Of a stretch of 64,000 bases of DNA, positions 51,568-60,343 are shown one piece after another. The stretch spans positions 186,001-250,000 of the forward strand of contig JAYWIR010000067.1 of assembly GCA_036172245.1 (NCBI GenBank). The letters run 5' to 3'. The position numbers and the translations under genes are program-made. The first letter of the stretch is position 1. Each line of letters begins with the position of its first letter. This DNA is from Raillietiella orientalis (Eukaryota). A model generated the notes under the pieces. That model was not told where the DNA came from and did no database searches. It saw only the letters and a list, made by a program, of their open reading frames with translations.

Positions 51568-53514
51568 TTCCCACCCGGGTGCGCAGGGGCGTTTATTTTT
51601 ATAATAAAAAAACAAACATGCATGTGTAGGGCCATTGCCCCTACAGCGTTCTATAAGAACTCTGAACTTGCCGAGTAGCCAGTGCGCAGGCCGGCGAGTT
51701 CGACTCGGCAGCGGAGGGGGAAAGGAGGAAACAAATCAAAATAAAAAAAGAAAACACTATTTACAAAAGCAGGGAGGGATCGGAGAAGGGATCATGTTCC
51801 GCTGGGGTCGTCCTCTACATCCTTTCCAGGATGCCGGCAAGTTCAGTCCGCATACGTCCCAAATGGGACCATCCGGCTGCCGTCCTCAGGAAGCGCAGGG
51901 CGGAGCAGATGATGTCCCTGTCGTTCGGTCCACCAGTGGCGGTGCTCCAGGCCGCCACAATCCCTCGTAGGCAGCAGAGGGCTGCAAGGGCTGCGGCAGG
52001 CGAAAGGGCGTCGCGCACAAAGGCGCTTCAAAACGTCTCTGGGGTTGTTCGTGGGTGCTCCTAGGGCCGTTGCGAAACGCAAACACAGGGGCCGGAGGGC
52101 AACACAGTCAAGAAGCAGGTGCGGGAGAGTTTCTCGTTCCCCGCACCTGACACAATTTGGGTCCACAGCCCCCCTCGTCCAGTGAGAACGGCGGGCGTTG
52201 CTGGGGAGTCCCCAGTGCAACACCAGGAACGCCGACTCCTGCCACTTGAGCGGGAGGGCCCGGGTATTCTTCAGCACCGGGGGTCACTCGAGAACATCCA
52301 TGGGGATGCTCAGCAGCTCGCCCCAGCGCAATAGTCCCTTCGGTGGGGCACTTGGGGTCACAGCGTCTGTCAACTGGCCCGTGGTCCAGCCACCTTGCTC
52401 TCTCTCTCTTGAGATGCTACAACGGACCGGCCACTTGGCCGGCTGACTACTGCCCAGGTGCTCCCTGAAGTAAGGCAGAGCCGCGGCTAGGGAGGTCCTC
52501 TCAGCCCACGCACTCGACGCGGGCTGCACGATGATGTCCTGCAGCGAGCGGCTGTTGTAAAAGGAGTGCAGCAGTCGCTGCCACAACTCCGGGCTAGCTT
52601 CCTCAATTTGATCCCACGTGCGAAGGCTTTCCTGCAACCAGGAAGTGCCATTCGCGGGCCAGAAAGAGATCCAGGTGTTCGTCCTGGTCAGCTTAACCAC
52701 TCGCCGGAGCGCCAGTACGAAGTGGAACAGGTACCGGCGTTTGTGGCGCTCTAGGAATGTAGACAGTCCCGCGCAGCCGCTGGCTCGCTGAACAAGGCGT
52801 CGTGCAGGCTCGCACCAGCTGGTGCTCCACAACTGCGCCACTAGGGCAATTGTCCTGAACTGCAGCTGCAGTTCCAGCCGCTCCAGCGTGAGGAGGCCGA
52901 GGCCCCCATCGCGACGAGGGGCACACAAGTCCTTCAAACGGACTCGGGGCCTCCATCTGCCCCAAAGGGCGATCCTCAGGAGGTCCTTCGTCCGCCTCTT
53001 CACACCGCAGGGTGGGGGCCACGAACGTGTTCCACACCACGGCCCGTTCCAGCAAGAAAAACTTGCCATCCAGGAACGGGCCGATCGCCTTCTCGGCCTT
53101 TTGGAGGCATCCAGACCACGCTTCCGCAGGGGAATAGTCCCCCAACGGCACACCGAGGTACTTGAAGTACCGCACCGTGGGGATCCCCAAGAGGGACCGG
53201 TTCTGCTGTTCTGCCCACGACGAACCAACTGCAACCACAGACGACTTCGCTCTGTTCACCTCCAGCCCTGTCCCGCGACGCAACAGCTCGAAAAAGTTTT
53301 CGACCACCGACGCCGGGGTGGACATGGGGAGCAGCAGCAGAAGATCGTCCGCATAAGACGCCACGGCCCGTGTACCTGGGCACACGCGCGGCAGGCGACC
53401 AAGAGTTTCCCTGTACGCCCTCAGCACCAGCTCGAAGTAGGTGCTGAAGACCAAGGGGCTCAAGCTGTAGCCCTGCCGTATCCCGCGGCGTACTGGCACA
53501 CCGAACACGTTTCT
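51568..53514 (-). mobile_element. 5'-truncated L1/Tx1-clade retrotransposon (copy B) with target-site duplication
   Basis: RT motifs RRGIRQGYSLSPLVF, YADDLLL, FKYLGVPL and LCAPRRDGGLG; CCHC CVRCGERETLPHLLLDC; frameshifted. Terminal motif at 51568-51597. TSD TCGGCGCT(A/G)CT at 51557-51567 and 53515-53525. Confidence 0.92.
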
Positions 53515-54017
53515 TCGGCGCTGCTGGTGCTGCATTGGAGGGACTCCCACGCAATGCGCACTGAAACACTGCTTCACCCGGGGTCGAACCGTGCCGTGCG
53601 CAGGAAGACCGAATCCTTCTCTCAATCATGCTAATGCGCGTTGCGTTGCCCTCCTGACGCTGCGGCGGCGTTTCCCCCGGCTTTTCCGCTCCCGGATGGC
53701 AGCACCAGGGACGTTTCATTTTCCGTGGAGTCGGTCCCCTTGCGGCGCGCCTGCCGCGGCGATCGAAGCGTCGCGTTGCCTGCTGCGGCACCTCTGCTGC
53801 TGTAACGAAGACGGGAGGGGATGCGACGACAGGGAAGCAGCAGCAATGCAATTCTTGGTTAGGAGGAGCTTCTGGACATTCCTGTTGAAGAGGCGGAAAT
53901 TTCCCCAACGGTTGTGGACAGCTCCATGCTTCCCCTGAAGGGGCAGAACTCGGCATTGCAGCTGTTGCACTAAGCGATCCCATGCAACTCACGAGTTCAC
54001 CCCTGGACAAGGGGGAG

Positions 54018-56180
54018 TTTTCACCCGGTCACGCCGGGGCGTTTATTAAAAAAACACAGTACATCTGCGGCACTAGGCCCCGCTACGGCCAATAGTTCCT
54101 GGGACCTGCCAGGAAGCTGGTTCGCAGACCGGCTTGACTCTCCTCGGAAGCGAAGAGGGGGGGGGTAGGGGGTAAAACAAAAAGAAAAATAAATGAAACA
54201 ACAAAAAGAAACTATTTGGAGGGCCGGGAAGGGATCACAACCCGCTGGAGGAAGAGACCATCCTTTTCAGGATGCCCTCGAGGTCCTCGTCATAGCTCCC
54301 AGATGGGACCAGCCGATCGCGATTCGCAGCTAGCGACCCGCGTGTACGATGGGGTCCCTGTCGCCGCTTCCTCTGTTGACTGCGCTCCAGGCGGCCACAA
54401 TCCCTCGGAGGCAGCAGAGCGCTTCCAGGGTTGAGGCTGGTGGCAGGGCGTCTCGCACGAAGAGGAGTCTCACAACGTCTCTGGGGGTACTGCCGACCAG
54501 CATAGGGAGGGTCGTAGCATAACGTTCCCACAAGGGCCGGAGGGCAGCGCAGTCCACTAACAGATGGGGGAGGGATTCCTTCTCCCCGCACACTGCACAG
54601 TTGTGTCCCACGTTCCCCAACGTCCAGTGGTGGCGGCGCGCGTTGCAGGGAAGACCCCAGTGCAACAACAACAGCGCCGTTTCCTGCCACTTTAGGGGGA
54701 GGGTGGATGAGTCTATGAACAACGGGAGCCACTCTAGGTCATCCGCCGGGATGCCAAGCAGCTCGCCCCATCTCTGGATTCCTCGCGGAAGAACGCTTGG
54801 GGTCGCGGCGTCAGCCAGTTCCCTCATGGTCCACCCGCTTAGATCCTTCTCCTTGCCCACTATCCTGCAGGAGACTTGCAATCTCGGCTTCCGGCTGTTT
54901 TGAAGCGCCCTTCGTAGGAAGGGCAGCACCCGCCGGTGGGGTCGTCTCCGCTCTCGTGCTTCTGGCGGGACACACGATCATGTTCCGCAGCGTGCAGCGG
55001 GTGTAGATGCCGGTACGCAGGCCGTTGCAGGATTCTCCACTGATGTCGTTTAACTTTGCCCACGTTCCAACTGTTGCTTCCATACATGCGCTGGAGTTGG
55101 CGGGACTGCAGGCCATCCACCCGTTCTCCTCTGCCAGGGTGGCCATGCGTCCCAGGAGAAGGCCACATCTTATTTTCCGGCCGGGGCACAGAAGAAAAGA
55201 CGCGAGTCCTTCAGTCCCGGACACACGTCTGGCGAGAAGGCGGGCTGGAACGCACCAAGGGGTGTTCCACATTTTCGCCGCGATGGCTAGAGTACACCAC
55301 CGCAGCTGTGTTTCCACGCGCTCCATAGTCAGGACGCTTAGACCTCCGTCCCGACGTGGAGCGCACAAATCCTTTAAAGGCACACGAGGCCTCCCGCCGC
55401 CCCACAGGGCGATGCGTAGGAGGTCCTTTGTTCTTTTTTTCAGTTCACGGGGTACGGGGCAAACAAAAAGCAGGGGGCGAAGGAGGGGGGTCGCGAACGC
55501 GTTCCACACCGCGGCCCGTTCCGGCAAGTGAAGCTTACCTTCCAGGAACGGGCCGATCGCTGACTCCACTTTTTGGAGACGACCTGACCAGGCTTCTGAC
55601 TGGCAGAAGTCCCCCAACGGAACGCCGAGGTACTTCAAGTACCTGTCCGTGGGGATCTTCAGGCGGATCCAATCAGGTCGTCCTGCCCACGTAGCACCAA
55701 CCGCAACCAGCGATGACTTCGTCCTGCTCACCCGTAGTCCTGTCCCACGGCTCAGCAAGTCGAAGGAATCTTCGACTGCCGAAGCCGGGGCGGACATGGG
55801 CAGCAGGAGCAAAAGATCGTCAGCATACGCCGACACGGCCGGCGTACCTGGACACGAGCTTGGCAGGGCAGCCAATGTCACCCTGTATGCTCTCAGCACA
55901 AGTTCGAAATAGGTGCTAAAGAGCAGGGGACTCAGGCTGTCGCCCTGCCGGATGCCGCGCCTCACCGGCACGCCGAACACGTGCTGTCCTCTGAAAAACA
56001 AGTTGATGATCGCATTGCGCCAGCAGGCGCGCAGGTAGACCGTTAAGGTGTCCGGGAAGCCCATGCGATCCAGGAGCTCCAGAAGGAGTTCCTGGTCCAC
56101 GCAATCGAACGCTTTGTGCAGATCGACTGCGATCGCTAGAGCCCCCTTCCCTTCCCGGTCGTCCCTTACTTGCTGCGCTG
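54018..56180 (-). mobile_element. L1/Tx1-clade retrotransposon (copy C): reverse transcriptase, C-terminal CCHC and 3' UTR
   Basis: ORF 54811..56424 contains VDLHKAFDCVD, RGIRQGDSLSPLLF, AYADDLLL, LKYLGVPL and LCAPRRDGGL. After a frameshift, ORF 54330..54929 has CAVCGEKESLPHLLVDC. Terminal motif at 54018-54047. No endonuclease domain seen. Confidence 0.95.
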
Positions 56181-56234
56181 GCTCCCCCAAATCAGGTTTG
56201 TCGACATTCCGTTCTTTTTCCTTTTTTTCCTCGC

Positions 56235-56807
56235 GTTGCACATGGAACCATGTGCTGGCGAAGAACAGGTTCGCTTCCATGCTTCGCCCGGGAACAGCGT
56301 ACGTCTGTTCCGGGCGGGACTCGATGTCGCCTGCACCTTGCCTCGCAGCTCCGTGCTGCCTTCGTGGGATTGGGGCGGCGCCGAGAGGCCGCTCCCAAAC
56401 AGACCAGTCAAACGATGAGGTCATTGCAATCTCCTACCCCTTCGCGAGGAAGGCAACAAGATGGTCACTTCTCTGTCAACAAAAGGAGAAAGTTGCCAGC
56501 ATCCTCCAGAGGATAGCGAGGACGCCAGGAAGACAATATGTGATCCCCTCCACCAACATATTTTTAAACTGAACTTTTCTATTTTTTTTCCCGTGTTTTT
56601 GTTTACTTCTCCCACTTTTGTGCGGATCTGATTGGGATAGCTGCTCACGAGAAGCAGCACCTCCGAGGCATTTCCCTTCGTAGTGATGATCTGAAATCTC
56701 TACGAAGAAGAACACCTTTTTATAATTCGTTTTTTTGGCCGTTTTTTTTTTTGAAAAATTTTTTTTTTTTTTTTTACAATAAACGCCACGGCGTGGCCGG
56801 GTGAAAA
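56235..56807 (+). mobile_element. Short 3' fragment of a diverged member of the same L1-like family (copy D)
   Basis: Translation RDSMSPAPCLAAPCCLRGIGAA...VASILQRI matches RDALPPASTLEALCCLRGIVAA...LEGILKRM of copy C. T-rich UTR; terminal motif at 56778-56807. Confidence 0.8.
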
Positions 56808-56819
56808 TGAAGGGTTGAT

Positions 56820-57760
56820 CACGAGAAAAGGGTGCGCCGTGGGCTTCGAAAGGGTGCCCATTTCGCAGGAGGGCTCTGGTTAGTCTATAGGCTTCAAGTG
56901 TGACACTGGTGGAATCCGAAAACCGGACGCCCCCCTGACCAGCCGGGATTGGACGTCGACCCTCCGCATTCCTCCAGAGATGAAGGAGTCCTTCGGGATC
57001 CCCTCCGGTTTTCCAAATGGAGCCGTCCCCTTCTTCGAGGGGGAGGGACCCTCCATCGCATATCATGGAGCTGGTTGATGCTCCCTTCGGGGGTTGACTT
57101 TCCAGAGCGTCAGAAGTGCGCTGTTCCCTCCCAAGCGTAAAAGGAACGGACTCCTTTTTTCCGGAGCCTCCCTGGATTCCATAGGGGTCATCCCCTAGCT
57201 CGAAGAGTGACACACACCCTCGGGTGGCGTGGACAGGGAGCTTCGTGATCCGTTTCCCACCCTGAGGAGGTGGAGGGACACTTGGAGGTGGTCCAGGCGG
57301 CTTGCTGGTGCTACCGGCACCGACTCGGTTGCGCGGTGGACAGGCACTGCGGCATCTCGGATGCAGAATTGCGTCCGCGAAGAACCGCGAAGGCGGTTCC
57401 CCGGAGGTGCCACGGGGCCGTCTTTGCTCGTCGCTTCCACTTGCCCGGGAAGCTCTTGGAGTCATCCGGCGAGTGGGTAGCCCTCCCGTGCTCCGCGCCC
57501 GGCGCATTCAGGGGTCGCCACGGCGTCTCTGCGTCGTCTTCCGCGATGCCAGATTCCGGAAAGATGACATCGGCGGTTCCGGAATCGGATGCAGCACTGT
57601 CGCCTCCCTGCACGCAACATGGACTGTCTGCTGCGGACTGGCAACCCTGCGCTCTCTCGCAGTCGCGACGGGACGAAGCCTCTGGGATTTGGGTTTAGTC
57701 GCGGGAAAGTGGGGCGGGTGTTCCGCGGTCCCCAGGTCATGGCGAAATCTCCCGTGATGC
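56820..57760 (-). mobile_element. Probable ORF1 / 5' remnant of an L1/Tx1-like element
   Basis: RITKLPVHATRGCV and GGVRF resemble the RRM-type ORF1 of Tx1/L1 elements. It lies upstream of and on the same strand as copy C. Weak motif evidence only. Confidence 0.4.
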
Positions 57761-58017
57761 TCGCGCGTGCACGTCTGTTCCCTCTTCCTCCGCGGACGCC
57801 TGCGCGGCAGCGGATCCCAAATGATTGGGAACACGTCTCCCTCCTCGTTGCCCAGAAAGAGCCGTAGCGGCAACAGCTGCGGGAGGCATCCCGGACTGCC
57901 GCTCAGGCATCCGCGGAGGAGGAGGGCGGAGGCGCGCGAGCGCGAGCACCATGGGGGATTTCCCCGTGACCTGGGGACCAAGGAGCACCCGTCCCACTTT
58001 CCCGCCGCTAAAGCCAA
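57689..58017. repeat. Long imperfect inverted repeat (arms ~57689-57810 and ~57896-58017, spacer ~85 bp)
   Basis: Manual ungapped alignment of the left arm with the reverse complement of the right arm gives about 22 mismatches in about 122 nt. Confidence 0.92.
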
Positions 58018-60272
58018 GTAGGGGCTTTCAAGGGGTGCATCACAGGAGCGTCCGGGCAAGGGGCAGGGGCCACAAGAAGCACTCCTGTCGCAGTTATCAC
58101 GCCCGCCACCAGAGGATGGCCCTCCGGTAGCTGCTGCTCCCATAGCAACCATCAACAACACTCGAAATTTGTTGACTCCTCCGAAATTATCCCTGAGCCC
58201 GGACCGTGCGGCGGCGGCACTGGCCAGCTCGCTCGCCCTCCTGCCGCCGTCGTGGAGGTTTGTGACTCCCTGAGGTGGCGCGGGAGAGCTCCCACCCTGC
58301 CGCTGCTTTCTCTGAGGGCACGGAGCGCTGCAGCACGGGGGAGTCCCCTTAGTTCTCTGGCATTGTGCATCCCCTTAGTTCCCGTCCACATTCTCTTCGT
58401 CATTCCCGGCACCCTTTCCCCGCTCCTTGTATCTCCCTTTTCCAAGATGCGCCCCATCTTGTTCATCCGTTCCTCTTTTGGGCGCTGGCACTCCTGAATA
58501 CTAGCGCGAAGCCTCTCCTCCCAGCAAGAGCGAAGATCCTTCCTCCTCTCTCCCTTTCTCTTCCTCCTACGACATGCTCGCCGGCGGTCCGCAATCACTT
58601 CATTGGGACGGCCGTTCGGAATGCTGGTCGTCATGGCACCCATGGGGACGGAGGAGTCGTCCCTCCCGCGCCGCGAGACTCGCAGGAAGACAGGAGTGGA
58701 ACAGCGCCTCTTCGATGCAACGCGCTTAGCTTGAAAGGGGGACGGGAAGAGATGAAAGAGGCTGCAGAAGCGAGATGCAAGGGAGGAGGGGAGGACATCA
58801 TTCGCAAATGATGGGATCCGCGCTTCGAAACGGGTAAATGCATGGAGGAAAGGGGGACCTTCCCAAAACGAAGTGCCGCAATTTTCCGGGATGCAATCGG
58901 CGGAACGACACTGACAACGACCATCTCTCCGGAAGGGGGGCGAAATGAAACCCTTGATGGCTCAGCGCCAAGCCCCCAAGCGAGTTTTCTCCCTTCCCGT
59001 AACGAGGACCCGAGGCAGAGGGTCCAACAGCGTAGTCAAACAGCTCAACGGCACAAGGGAAAGCGGTTTATCCATTTGCTGCTCCGGGATCAGGAGAAAA
59101 CCGCCAGACCGTGGCCTGCCCAGTGCTCTCGGTGGAATCCCACAGCGCATGCGCACGGAGGATGGCCGTCAGAGAGTCGCGCCTTCTCCATCCATGATGA
59201 AGCTCTTCGTAGCTGGCAGACTCGGTTTTCTTGTCCCCACTCTTTTGCTCTCTTGCCTTTGCCCCCTTTCTCCTGGCAATCCACGCCCCACTCACGACCC
59301 TTCGAATGGGACTGGGGACCTCAGGTCGGAAGACGTGTACAGCGAGCTCATCTCTGACTCACCGGCTTGAAGCTTCGAAATGGAAGTCTGAGATGCAGCT
59401 TCAGGGATCGTTCAGGGATTCGAGGATCCAGACACCGGAATGGAAAAATCTCGCTTGAAAAGACCTGGCGACGGGCTCCAGCGTGATCCCGGGATGCAGC
59501 ATCACCTCTTTGTAGACAGATGGCATGCGCTGTCGCGCGGAAAAGGAAAAAAAAACAAACAAACACATCCCAGTCAGCAGACAGAAATCTTATTAAAGAT
59601 GCTGCCCCGAGTACAAAAACACACACTCAGACATACACTAAAAAAAACGATGGGATCACCCATTGATGATGAAATCGCATCGCACGAAAGAAGTCACATC
59701 ATCGTTTCTGAAGGATTCCTTCCTTCCTTTACAGATTTGCTTCCCGCTGAAGAGGAACTCATCTGGGGGAGGAAGTCTGTCAGCACTTCTCTGTTGGTGC
59801 CAAACTGACTGCTGCACTGCCATGAGATCACTGCAACTTTGGTTCGAAAGGGAGGGAGGGGGGAACGCAAGCAAAGTACCGGCAGGAGGGCAGGGGTTTC
59901 AGCGCTGTCTTTCCCAGGTGCTTCTGGCTGTGGCGCGTCATCAGAGAAGCCGAGCTTCCTTCTTCTTCTTCTTCTTCTCTCCCGCGCTCATCCCGCTCGC
60001 AAGGAAAGGCAGGCTGGAAGCCATGCCAGGGAAGTTCTTTTCTGGAGGCCTTCCCGAAGAAGCAAGACTGCTGTTCTCCGTGGAGCATGTGGGCGACCCT
60101 GGTTGCCTGCATCCGGTCTGCTAGTCCACCTGTCCAACTCACTTCCGAGCTCTCCTCGGCATCGCCGTCGAGCCAAATCACTCATCAGTCGGCGTCATCA
60201 GTAATCATCCTGCGAATGATGAGGGATGCTGCTGCTCCTCCTCCGCCCGATCTTCCTTGCTTGGGAGATGCT

Positions 60273-60343
60273 TCAGACGAAACCCAAGATCGCAGAAGCT
60301 AACAAGGCACGGAGCAGCAGGGGAGGCGGGAGCAGTCGGTGAC
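60273..60343 (-). CDS. Possible terminal coding exon of an unidentified gene with a hydrophobic C-terminal tail
   Basis: Strong acceptor GTTTTCGTTTGCAG at 60344. The phase-1 reading gives HRLLPPPLLLRALLASAILGFV*. Upstream exons not identified. Confidence 0.3.

Noticed and set aside
53084..53104. ATCGCCTTCTCGGCCTTTTGG resembles the 5' end of U2 snRNA, tempting given the nearby Utopia-like element
   Set aside because: It is the antisense of RT codons QKAEKAI in L1 copy B, the homologous site in copy C differs, and no further U2 sequence follows. Coincidence.
56180..56424. N-terminal ~80 aa of the 537-aa ORF taken as part of the RT protein
   Set aside because: This part is the antisense of copy D plus junction sequence; the open frame is fortuitous.
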